From Clostridia bacterium (lineage in GTDB: Bacteria > Bacillota > Clostridia > RGIG6154), in contig JAZSLZ010000015.1 in assembly GCA_045535635.1 (NCBI GenBank), forward strand, positions 1 through 24,000: a stretch of DNA of 24,000 bases, given 5' to 3'. The translations under genes and the position numbers were made by a program. The notes beneath the pieces are model-generated. The model had not been told where the DNA came from. It did not search any database and worked only from the letters and a program-made list of their open reading frames with translations. Position 1 is the first letter of the stretch, and every line of letters starts with the position of its first letter. Positions 1 through 7,411 of this stretch are shown one piece after another.

Positions 1-12
1 TTGTATAACGAA

Positions 13-35
13 AACCACGCGATAGTCGCGTGGTT
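13..35 (+). repeat. Left-end hairpin of the IS (aaccacgcga-tag-tcgcgtggtt)
   Basis: Perfect 10-bp inverted repeat with a 3-nt loop, read directly. IS200/IS605 elements carry hairpins near their ends that TnpA recognises. In IS200 the left hairpin also blocks read-in transcription. Confidence 0.6.
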
Positions 36-60
36 CAAAAGAGGTTAACCGATGACAAAA

Positions 61-122
61 ATCCTCCAAATATGTTAGAATATTGATGACCTGCCAGTCA
101 ACAAAATACATATTTGGAGGAT
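61..122 (+). promoter_or_regulatory. Stem-loop in the tnpA 5' leader that sequesters the ribosome binding site
   Basis: atcctccaaatatg (61-74) is the exact reverse complement of catatttggaggat (109-122). The second arm contains the GGAGG (116-120) that lies 8 nt upstream of the ATG at 129. Translational occlusion of this kind is described for Salmonella IS200. Confidence 0.6.
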
Positions 123-128
123 TTATCT

Positions 129-599
129 ATGAAGAAAATTACAATAGACAATAATAGTTTAGCACATACAAGTTGGAATTGCAAGTACCATATAGTATTT
201 GCGCCGAAATATAGAAGGAAAGTATTTTTTGCGGAAAAAAGATTAGAAATACGAGAAATATTACGACAATTATGCCAATGGAAAGGAGTGGAAATAATAG
301 AGGGAGAAGTATGTCCAGATCATATACATATGTTAGTGAGTATCCCACCCAAAATGAGTGTTTCTGGTTTTATGGGATACCTAAAAGGAAAAAGTGCATT
401 GCTGATATTTCAAAGGTGGGGGAATATGAAGTTCGCATACCGAAATCGCGAATTTTGGTGTAAGGGATATTACGTAGATACCGTGGGGAAAAATACAAAA
501 GCAATAAAAGAGTATATAGCAGATCAATTAAAAAGAGATCAGGAAAGTGATCAGTTGAGCATGTTTGACCCACGGGACCCATTTATGGGTAGTAAGTAA
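129..599 (+). CDS. tnpA: IS200/IS605-family Y1 (HUH) transposase TnpA
   Basis: The N-terminal signature HTSWNCKYHIVFAPKYRRKVF, the HUH motif in PDHIHMLVSIPP and the C-terminal catalytic-Tyr region KEYIADQ are all present. The ORF track starts at TTG 114, but ATG 129 sits 8 nt after GGAGG and is preferred. Confidence 0.9.
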   Translation: MKKITIDNNSLAHTSWNCKYHIVFAPKYRRKVFFAEKRLEIREILRQLCQWKGVEIIEGEVCPDHIHMLVSIPPKMSVSGFMGYLKGKSALLIFQRWGNMKFAYRNREFWCKGYYVDTVGKNTKAIKEYIADQLKRDQESDQLSMFDPRDPFMGSK

Positions 600-729
600 T
601 AATTGCATGGCTGGCAGGCCAATAAAAAGCGCACTTGTGCGCAGCCAGTAAAGTGTAGGGCTATGCCCGAAAATGAAATACCCCCCGTTATACGGGGGGA
701 TATTTATTTTAATAAAATTGATAAACAAC

Positions 730-758
730 TTGAAAAAAACATAGATATGTAGTAAAAT
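730..758 (+). promoter_or_regulatory. Candidate sigma-A promoter for nfnAB (TTGAAA-17 nt-TAAAAT)
   Basis: -35 TTGAAA at 730-735 and -10 TAAAAT at 753-758 with a 17-nt spacer. It lies very close to ATG 771, which favours the alternative GTG 789 start for nfnA. Confidence 0.45.
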
Positions 759-770
759 ATAAAGATAATT

Positions 771-1643
771 ATGAAAGAAGGCGAGAATGTGTATACGAAA
801 AACGAAATAATAGATAAAAAGGTTCTTAATGAGCAGGTTACACTTTTGAAAGTATATGCGCCTCTTATTGCAAGAAAGGCTCAGCCCGGTCAGTTTATAA
901 TTTTCCGTGTTAATGAAACAGGCGAGAGAATTCCTCTCACCATTGCTGACTTTGATAGAGAAGAAGGAAGCGTTACTATCATTTTTCAGAAGGTTGGGAA
1001 AAGCACTTATGAGCTTGGTGAGCTTAATGTGGGAGACATACTTCTTGATTTTGCAGGTCCTCTTGGAAAAGCTTCCGAGCTTGAAGGCTATAAAAAGGTT
1101 GCAGTTGTAGCAGGAGGTCTTGGTACTGCTATTGCATATCCACAAGCGAAAAAACTTAAAGAGCTTGGTACAGTCGTGCATATGATTTGCGGTTTCAGAA
1201 ATAAAGATATTATTGTACTTGAAGAAGAATGCAGAGCAATTGCTGAAGAATGTGTTGTTGCAACAGATGACGGCTCTAACGGCAAAAAAGGCTTTGTAAC
1301 CGATGCTTTAAGAGAAATGATAGAAGAGGGAAATGAATATGATTTAGTTATTGCAATCGGACCTCTTCCTATGATGAAATTTGTTTCTCTTTTAACAAAA
1401 GAGTATAATATAAAAACTATAGTAAGTATGAACCCTGTTATGATAGACGGAACAGGAATGTGCGGAGGCTGCAGAATAACGGTTGGCGGTGAAACAAAGT
1501 TTGCCTGTGTTGATGGCCCTGACTTTGACGGACATTTAGTTGACTTTGATCAGGCAATAAGGCGTCAGCTTAACTATAAAAATCACGAAGCGGAAGCACT
1601 TAAAAAGCATCTTTGCAGAATGGAGGGTATGAAGAATGCCTAA
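771..1643 (+). CDS. nfnA: NfnA-type ferredoxin-NADP+ oxidoreductase subunit (sulfide/dihydroorotate dehydrogenase-like FAD/NAD-binding protein)
   Basis: FAD/NAD-binding fold motifs are present (GQFIIFRV, GERIPLTIAD, VAGGLGTA). The C-terminal Cys cluster reads CGGCRITVGGETKFACVDGP. It overlaps the downstream GltD-like gene by 8 nt, as in nfnAB pairs. The true start may be GTG 789, preceded by GAAGG at 777-781. Confidence 0.8.
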   Translation: MKEGENVYTKNEIIDKKVLNEQVTLLKVYAPLIARKAQPGQFIIFRVNETGERIPLTIADFDREEGSVTIIFQKVGKSTYELGELNVGDILLDFAGPLGKASELEGYKKVAVVAGGLGTAIAYPQAKKLKELGTVVHMICGFRNKDIIVLEEECRAIAEECVVATDDGSNGKKGFVTDALREMIEEGNEYDLVIAIGPLPMMKFVSLLTKEYNIKTIVSMNPVMIDGTGMCGGCRITVGGETKFACVDGPDFDGHLVDFDQAIRRQLNYKNHEAEALKKHLCRMEGMKNA

Positions 1644-3027
1644 TATGTCTGATAAAAAAGTAATAATGCCACAGCAGGATCCTGAAGTGAGAAATAAGAA
1701 TTTCCTTGAGGTATCCCTGGGATATACCGAAGAAATGGCGCTTGAAGAAGCAGAGAGATGTTTAAATTGTAAAACAAAGCCTTGTGTTTCAGGTTGCCCT
1801 GTAAATGTAAAAATTCCTGAATTTATAAAGCTTATCACAGAGAAAAAATATGAAGAAGCTTATTATAAAATAAGTGAAACAAGCACTCTTCCTGCAGTGT
1901 GCGGAAGAGTTTGTCCGCAGGAAAACCAGTGTGAAAAATACTGTGTTCGAGGCAAAAAAGGTGAGCCTGTTGCAATAGGCAGACTTGAACGATTTGTTGC
2001 AGATTACTTTATCAAAAACTGCATTCCGAAAAAACTTAAAATAAATAAAAATGGCAAAAAGGTTGCTGTGGTAGGTGGTGGTCCTGCAGGTGTTACCTGT
2101 GCAGGTGACCTTGCAAAAATGGGCTATGAGGTAACTATTTTTGAAGCATTTCATAAGGTTGGCGGTGTTCTTGTTTACGGAATTCCTGAATTCAGACTTC
2201 CAAAAGACCTTGTGCAGACAGAAATTAACAAGCTTTACGACCACGGCGTTAAAATAGAAACAAACACTATTATCGGTAAAACCCTTGATATTAAAGATTT
2301 GTTTGATGATGGATTTGACGCAGTTTTTATTGGAAGTGGCGCAGGACTTCCATCATTTATGAACATTCCTGGCGAGGATATGAACGGCGTTTATGCTGCA
2401 AATGAATTTTTGACAAGAATAAATCTTATGAAAGCATATAAATTCCCTGAATATGATACCCCTGTGTTTATTGGGGACAGAGTGGCAGTAATCGGCGGCG
2501 GCAATGTTGCCATGGATGCTGCAAGATGTGCAAAAAGACTTGGTGCAAAGGAAGTTTATATTGTTTACAGAAGAAGTGAGGCGGAAATGCCTGCAAGACT
2601 TGAAGAAGTGCATCATGCAAAGGAAGAGGGCATAATCTTTAAGCTTCTTAATAATCCTAAAAAAATTCACGGAAATGAACAAGGTTGGGTAACCGGTCTT
2701 GAATGTGTTGAAATGGAGCTTGGAGAAGCAGATGCTTCAGGAAGAAGAAGACCTGTTGAAAAACAAGGGTCAGAGCATATAATTGATGTTGACAATGTAA
2801 TCATTGCAATAGGTCAGACACCGAATCCTTTGGTTACATCAACAACTGAAGGTCTTAAAACACAAAGCTGGGGCGGAATTATTGTTGACGAGACAACGGG
2901 AGCAACTTCCCTTGAAGGTGTTTTTGCAGGTGGAGATGCCGTAACAGGAGCAGCAACTGTAATTCTTGCAATGGGTGCAGGAAAAGCTTCGGCAAAAGCC
3001 ATAGATGAGTATTTGAGGAATAAATGA
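1636..3027 (+). CDS. nfnB: NfnB / homotetrameric-type NADPH-dependent glutamate synthase small-subunit-like oxidoreductase
   Basis: Two Cys clusters are present (CLNCKTKPCVSGCP and CGRVCPQENQCEKYC). There are two dinucleotide-binding motifs (VAVVGGGPAG and VAVIGGGNVAMD) and a C-terminal GGD motif. GGAGGG lies 8 nt upstream of the ATG. Confidence 0.85.
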   Translation: MPNMSDKKVIMPQQDPEVRNKNFLEVSLGYTEEMALEEAERCLNCKTKPCVSGCPVNVKIPEFIKLITEKKYEEAYYKISETSTLPAVCGRVCPQENQCEKYCVRGKKGEPVAIGRLERFVADYFIKNCIPKKLKINKNGKKVAVVGGGPAGVTCAGDLAKMGYEVTIFEAFHKVGGVLVYGIPEFRLPKDLVQTEINKLYDHGVKIETNTIIGKTLDIKDLFDDGFDAVFIGSGAGLPSFMNIPGEDMNGVYAANEFLTRINLMKAYKFPEYDTPVFIGDRVAVIGGGNVAMDAARCAKRLGAKEVYIVYRRSEAEMPARLEEVHHAKEEGIIFKLLNNPKKIHGNEQGWVTGLECVEMELGEADASGRRRPVEKQGSEHIIDVDNVIIAIGQTPNPLVTSTTEGLKTQSWGGIIVDETTGATSLEGVFAGGDAVTGAATVILAMGAGKASAKAIDEYLRNK

Positions 3028-3587
3028 AGAAGAAAATCTTATTTTTTATTGCAGTAGTTGCGTTGATAGTTATATTAGCTTTATCAGTGGAGACAAATGA
3101 AGAAAGGCTTACAACTCAACAGATTGAAAATTTAAGAGAAATATATCCTGTATATGGAGATATTAATAAAATAAGTCCTCTTATTGAAGTTGCTCAGGTG
3201 GAAACCACGTTAGAAGAAGTCTCAAAAAAGGCATATACCTTTGTATATGGCGAGATTATTGACAAAGTTCCTATACATTCAATATATTCTTATGCAAAGT
3301 TTTATGGGTACAGGGTACGTGTTTTTAAAGATGCCAAAAAGAAATTTGCATCAGGTGATGAGATAACAATAATCGCAAATACAGAGTTTAGGGGATATAA
3401 TCCTTCACTTTCAAATGGAATGAAAGTTGTTCTGCCTGTAGGAGAGAACAAAGGCAGATATTATTTCGACGCTTTTATATACTATGTTACAGATGATGGT
3501 TTTGTTCTTTCTGCATTTGATGAGAAAGAAATGCTCGATAAAGAATATAGCGGTATTAAAGTTGAAAAGCTTTTAGAAGAGATATAA
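3024..3587 (+). CDS. Hypothetical protein with an N-terminal signal or membrane anchor; no recognisable domain
   Basis: The start overlaps the nfnB stop as ATGA, and GAGGA (3015-3019) lies just upstream. The N-terminus MKKKILFFIAVVALIVILALS is a hydrophobic anchor. I recognise nothing in the rest of the sequence. Confidence 0.6.
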   Translation: MKKKILFFIAVVALIVILALSVETNEERLTTQQIENLREIYPVYGDINKISPLIEVAQVETTLEEVSKKAYTFVYGEIIDKVPIHSIYSYAKFYGYRVRVFKDAKKKFASGDEITIIANTEFRGYNPSLSNGMKVVLPVGENKGRYYFDAFIYYVTDDGFVLSAFDEKEMLDKEYSGIKVEKLLEEI

Positions 3588-3627
3588 ATTGTCAGAAAAA
3601 TAAAAAATACAAGAGGAGAATATAGAA

Positions 3628-4317
3628 ATGAGAATTATTTTTGTTCGTCATGGACATCCAAACTATGAAGATGACTGTCTGACAGAACTTGGACATAAAC
3701 AGGCAAAAGCGGCTGCACAGCGACTCAAAGATGAAAAAATAGACCAGATATTTTCTTCTTCCTGCGGTCGTGCAGCAGAAACTGCTCAGCATATTGCTGA
3801 CGTACATAATATGCAGGTACAGCTATGTGATTTTATGCAGGAGATACCTTGGGGCAATTTGGAAGGTCAGCCACCTTTGCCACACAACGGAAATCCCTGG
3901 GCAGTTTGCAGTGAAATGGTTACCAACGGGCAAAGCATAACAAGTGAAAACTGGGCGGAAGAAGAGCCTTTTTGCAAAAACAAATTTGTTTTAAATGTGA
4001 GAAGAGTTGCAAAAGATTTTGATCAGTGGCTTAAGCAGTTTGGGTACGAGCGAGAGGGCAGACACTATCGTGTGAAAAACGGTAGTGATGAAACTGTTGT
4101 TATGGCATGTCACGGAGGTTCATGCAGTGCTGTATTTACACACATTTTTAATATACCATTACCTTTTGTGTGTCAATCAATGGCTTTTGGTCTTACTGCA
4201 ATAACTGTGGTGAAGCTTGGCGTAAAAGAGGGCACACTTGTATCACCTCGTTTTGAAATTGTCAATGATGTACGCCACACAGCAGGTATTGAAGTTGAAA
4301 ACTTTTTTGGAATATAA
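3628..4317 (+). CDS. Histidine phosphatase family protein (phosphoglycerate-mutase-like)
   Basis: The N-terminal RHG motif is present (RIIFVRHGHPNYEDD). A second catalytic-His region reads VVMACHGGSC. GAGGAG lies upstream of the ATG. Confidence 0.8.
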   Translation: MRIIFVRHGHPNYEDDCLTELGHKQAKAAAQRLKDEKIDQIFSSSCGRAAETAQHIADVHNMQVQLCDFMQEIPWGNLEGQPPLPHNGNPWAVCSEMVTNGQSITSENWAEEEPFCKNKFVLNVRRVAKDFDQWLKQFGYEREGRHYRVKNGSDETVVMACHGGSCSAVFTHIFNIPLPFVCQSMAFGLTAITVVKLGVKEGTLVSPRFEIVNDVRHTAGIEVENFFGI

Positions 4318-4321
4318 CGAT

Positions 4322-4352
4322 AAAAACCTTTGTGAATTTCACAAAGGTTTTT
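4322..4352. terminator. Bidirectional rho-independent terminator (aaaaa-cctttgtgaa-t-ttcacaaagg-ttttt)
   Basis: 10-bp inverted arms are flanked by A5 on one side and T5 on the other. It lies 5 nt after the stop of the 3628..4317 gene. Confidence 0.7.
4327..4352. repeat. Copy 1 of a perfect 26-bp repeat, CCTTTGTGAATTTCACAAAGGTTTTT
   Basis: Identical to 4610-4635, read directly. The repeat is itself a near-perfect palindrome. Confidence 0.9.
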
Positions 4353-4609
4353 CAGGGTGTCGATAAACCTATCGACACCCTGTCAGAGGTCGAAAAAGGA
4401 AGTTATATTTTAACAGCCGAAATCCGTAGCATATTTGTATATGTGAGAGGTTTCGGATGTTAAAAAGTAAGCAATCCCGATTGTTTTCGATAAACAATCG
4501 GGATTAATTATATAAAATTATCTCTTCTTAAACGGTTTGTCGAAAATCGCCAAACCCTACTATTTATGTTGGTTCGCTTACGGTAGAACGACTTTTTCTA
4601 CAGTCTGAG
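4353..4609. other. 257-bp hairpin-dense non-coding insert between the two repeat copies; candidate small mobile element or structured RNA
   Basis: Two perfect 13-bp stems at 4353-4382 and 4473-4505. Weaker stems at about 4417-4456 and 4534-4556. The motif TCGA(T/A)AA occurs four times. No ORF longer than 16 codons. Confidence 0.4.
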
Positions 4610-4635
4610 CCTTTGTGAATTTCACAAAGGTTTTT
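4610..4635. repeat. Copy 2 of the perfect 26-bp repeat
   Basis: Identical to 4327-4352. It abuts the stop of the minus-strand amidohydrolase gene. Unlike copy 1 it has no A-tract on its left side, so there is no U-tract for the minus-strand transcript. Confidence 0.9.
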
Positions 4636-4636
4636 A

Positions 4637-5419
4637 TTACAGTTTAAGTATTCTTTTTGCATTTTCGTAGAAAATTATTTCTTTTTCCCTGTCTGTCAAA
4701 AGACTGTCAAAAAGCACACCGCCTATAAACATTGCAGGATTACAGATTGGATAGTCAGAACCAAAAATAAACTTTTCAACACCGCACTTGTCAATGCCAT
4801 AGCGTAGCATTCCATGTCTGAAAAGTCCGCCACCAGATAAATCAAGGTGATAGTTTTCGCTGATTTTCATTCTTTCAAGGTGTCTTAAAAATCTTTCTTT
4901 TTCGCCTGGATGCGCTGCAACAAAGGTTATATTTTTATGCTCTTTAACCATTTTGTCCATCTGATCCTGATCGGTCATTGGGTGAAAGTTTACAACCATA
5001 TTGTAATCATCTGCAAGGTCTAAAATTTCGGCAAATTCCTTGCAGGAATAGTCACTCCATCCGTCCCAGTAAGGAACAAGCTCACCGATTAAATTAACTC
5101 CTGCCTTATGCATTCTTTCAATTTCTTCAAGAGATTCTCTTACAAACAAAGGATGAATATGAAAGCCTGGCACATAAAAGCTTTCATACTTTTCTTTAAG
5201 CTCTAAAGCTTTTGTGTTCCTGAATTTTATTGCGTCAAAATCTGCTTTGCCGTGAGTGTCATGGTTTATTACACTTCCACAGATTTTTGTTATACCCATA
5301 CCTTTTAAATATTCTACAGTAAAATCCGCATCCATAGGAATATGGTCTCTGTGGTTGCAGATGTTTGTGTTTAAATCGTCAAAAGGGTGAGTGTGAAAGT
5401 CTATAATTTCAAAATTCAT
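4637..5419 (-). CDS. Amidohydrolase-family metal-dependent hydrolase (TIM-barrel, Amidohydro_2-like)
   Basis: An N-terminal metal-binding motif IIDFHTHPF is present, with further His/Asp positions (FHIHP, AAHPG, GSDYP). GAGGGA lies between the lepA stop and this ATG, so the gene is probably co-transcribed with lepA. Confidence 0.7.
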   Translation of the reverse strand: MNFEIIDFHTHPFDDLNTNICNHRDHIPMDADFTVEYLKGMGITKICGSVINHDTHGKADFDAIKFRNTKALELKEKYESFYVPGFHIHPLFVRESLEEIERMHKAGVNLIGELVPYWDGWSDYSCKEFAEILDLADDYNMVVNFHPMTDQDQMDKMVKEHKNITFVAAHPGEKERFLRHLERMKISENYHLDLSGGGLFRHGMLRYGIDKCGVEKFIFGSDYPICNPAMFIGGVLFDSLLTDREKEIIFYENAKRILKL

Positions 5420-5430
5420 TATGTTCCCTC

Positions 5431-7236
5431 TTAATCTAATTTTAAAACTGACATAAATGCTTCCTGTGGAACTTCAACAGTACCTACCTGACGCATTCTC
5501 TTTTTACCTTCTTTTTGCTTTTCAAGAAGCTTTTTCTTTCTTGTTATATCACCGCCGTAGCATTTTGCAAGTACGTCTTTTCTCATTGCTTTAACAGTTT
5601 CTCTTGCAATAATCTTGTTACCGATACAAGCCTGAATAGGAATTTCAAAAAGTTGTCTTGGAATAACTTCTTTAAGCTTTTCGGCAATTCTTCTTGCTCT
5701 TGGGTACGCCTTTTCTGTGTGAACAATAAATGAAAGAGCATCAACAACATCACCGTTAAGCATTAAATCAAGCTTAACAAGGTTTGATTTCTCATAGCCT
5801 TTTAATTCATAGTCAAAAGATGCATAGCCTTTTGTTCTTGATTTTAATGCATCAAAGAAATCGTAAATGATTTCGTTTAAAGGAAGCTCATATTTTAAGG
5901 TAACACGGTCAGTATCTAAATACTCTGTGTTAATATATGTTCCTCGTCTTTCCTGACAAAGCTCCATAATGTTGCCAACATACTCTGTTGGAAGCATAAT
6001 AGAAGCTGATACAATAGGCTCTTCCATATAATCAATTTCTGTAGGGTTTGGCATATTTGTAGGGTTGTCAAGGTTCATAATTTCGCCGTTGGTTTTTATT
6101 ATTTTATAAATAACCGATGGTGCTGTTGTAATAATATCAAGATTGAATTCTCTTTCAATTCTTTCCTGAATAATTTCCATGTGAAGAAGTCCTAAAAATC
6201 CGCATCGGAATCCAAAACCAAGAGCAACAGATGTTTCTGCCTCAAAGCTTAAAGATGCATCGTTAAGCTGAAGCTTTTCAAGAGCATCACGAAGGTCACC
6301 GTATTTAGAACCGTCTGCTGGATAAATACCGCAGTAAACCATAGGGTTAACCTTTCTGTAGCCCGGAAGAGCTTCTTTAGTTGGATTGTTTGCATCTGTA
6401 ACAGTATCACCAACCTGTGTGTCCTGAACATTTTTAATACTTGCTGCAAGGTAACCTACTTCACCTGCCATAATGCTCTGTGATGGGGTACATCCATTAG
6501 GGTGAAGATATCCTGCTTCAACAACCTCAAATTCTTTACCGGTTGCCATAAAGCGCACTTTCATACCAGGCTTTAAGCATCCTTCAACAACTCTTAAATA
6601 AACAATAACACCTTTATACTGGTCATAGTATGAGTCAAAAATAAGAGCCTTAAGTGGTGCATTTTCATCACCGCTTGGTGCAGGGATTGTCTGAACGATT
6701 TCTTCAAGAACATCTTCAATACCAATGCCCTGCTTTGCAGAAATAAGAGGAGCCTCCTGTGCTTCAATGCCAATAACATCTTCAATCTCGTTTTTAACGA
6801 AATCAGGACGGGCAGAGGGAAGGTCTATCTTATTTATAACCGGTACAATTTCAAGGTCGTGGTCAAGTGCTAAGTATGTGTTTGCAAGAGTCTGTGCCTC
6901 AATACCCTGTGCGGCAGCAACAACAAGTATTGCACCTTCACAAGCCGCAAGGCTTCTTGAAACCTCGTAGTTAAAGTCAACATGTCCTGGAGTGTCAATA
7001 AGGTTTAAAATATACTCTTCGTTGTCTTTTGCCTTGTATTTAAGTCTTACTGCTCTTGCCTTAATGGTAATGCCTCTTTCTTTTTCAAGGTCCATATTGT
7101 CAAGAACCTGTTCCTGCATTTCTCTTTGAGTTAAAACACCAGTTTTCTCAAGAAGTCTGTCTGCAAGAGTGGACTTACCGTGGTCAATATGAGCAATAAT
7201 AGAAAAATTTCTGATTTTATTCTGTCTTTCAGACAT
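5431..7236 (-). CDS. lepA: Elongation factor 4 (LepA)
   Basis: The N-terminus [22 protein letters not shown], the motifs DTPGHVDF and NKIDL, a length of about 600 aa and the LepA-specific C-terminal region are all present. Confidence 0.97.
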   Translation of the reverse strand: MSERQNKIRNFSIIAHIDHGKSTLADRLLEKTGVLTQREMQEQVLDNMDLEKERGITIKARAVRLKYKAKDNEEYILNLIDTPGHVDFNYEVSRSLAACEGAILVVAAAQGIEAQTLANTYLALDHDLEIVPVINKIDLPSARPDFVKNEIEDVIGIEAQEAPLISAKQGIGIEDVLEEIVQTIPAPSGDENAPLKALIFDSYYDQYKGVIVYLRVVEGCLKPGMKVRFMATGKEFEVVEAGYLHPNGCTPSQSIMAGEVGYLAASIKNVQDTQVGDTVTDANNPTKEALPGYRKVNPMVYCGIYPADGSKYGDLRDALEKLQLNDASLSFEAETSVALGFGFRCGFLGLLHMEIIQERIEREFNLDIITTAPSVIYKIIKTNGEIMNLDNPTNMPNPTEIDYMEEPIVSASIMLPTEYVGNIMELCQERRGTYINTEYLDTDRVTLKYELPLNEIIYDFFDALKSRTKGYASFDYELKGYEKSNLVKLDLMLNGDVVDALSFIVHTEKAYPRARRIAEKLKEVIPRQLFEIPIQACIGNKIIARETVKAMRKDVLAKCYGGDITRKKKLLEKQKEGKKRMRQVGTVEVPQEAFMSVLKLD

Positions 7237-7268
7237 AAGTGTACCTCACATAATCAATTATTAGAAGA

Positions 7269-7297
7269 ATTATAACATAAAAATAAACTTATTGCAA
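7269..7297 (-). promoter_or_regulatory. Candidate lepA promoter (TTGCAA-17 nt-TATAAT with a TGn extension)
   Basis: The minus strand reads ttgcaa taagtttatttttatgt tataat. The -35 is at 7292-7297 and the -10 at 7269-7274. Confidence 0.55.
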
Positions 7298-7325
7298 CAA
7301 AGAGTTTGGCAAAATGATGCAGATG

Positions 7326-7371
7326 AAAATAAAATATAAAACCCTTGCTCAATACGATATTGAACAAGGGT
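7326..7371 (-). terminator. Rho-independent terminator downstream of pfk
   Basis: 14-bp stem (7341-7354 with 7358-7371, including one U-G pair on the minus-strand RNA). It is followed on the minus strand by tttatattttatttt. Confidence 0.65.
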
Positions 7372-7411
7372 GTGATTTTACTTAAAAAGTACAGAACATA
7401 AGGAGTTTTTA

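Larger units (their letters stand above)
1..705 (+). mobile_element. IS200/IS605-family insertion sequence (IS200 type, TnpA only); ends approximate and the left end may lie at or beyond the window start
   Basis: A single Y1 transposase ORF is flanked by hairpins near each end. On the left is a perfect 10-bp stem at 13-35. On the right are stems at 629-642 and 681-699. The total size of about 700 bp fits IS200-type elements. The exact termini cannot be set without other copies. Confidence 0.8.

Noticed and set aside
528-1181. 217-aa minus-strand ORF, together with the many other 60-150-aa antisense or alternative-frame ORFs in the track (e.g. 139..348, 1536..1838, 1789..2244, 2353..2682, 5515..5733, 14575..14970, 21635..21910, 22584..22817)
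   Set aside because: Each lies entirely inside or opposite a well-supported gene. They have low-complexity or odd composition and no ribosome binding site. They are typical shadow ORFs of AT-rich or Ala-rich coding regions.
4378-4400. Hammerhead-like fragments (ctgtcagagg…cgaaa) in the insert
   Set aside because: The sequence does not match the CUGANGA…GAAA core in the correct register on either strand.
4457-4507. 16-codon sORF (MLKSKQSRLFSINNRD) preceded by GAGAGG inside the structured insert
   Set aside because: It is very short and hydrophilic, so it is not toxin-like. It largely coincides with the 13-bp hairpin at 4473-4505. No promoter is visible. It is more likely a by-product of RNA or DNA structure.
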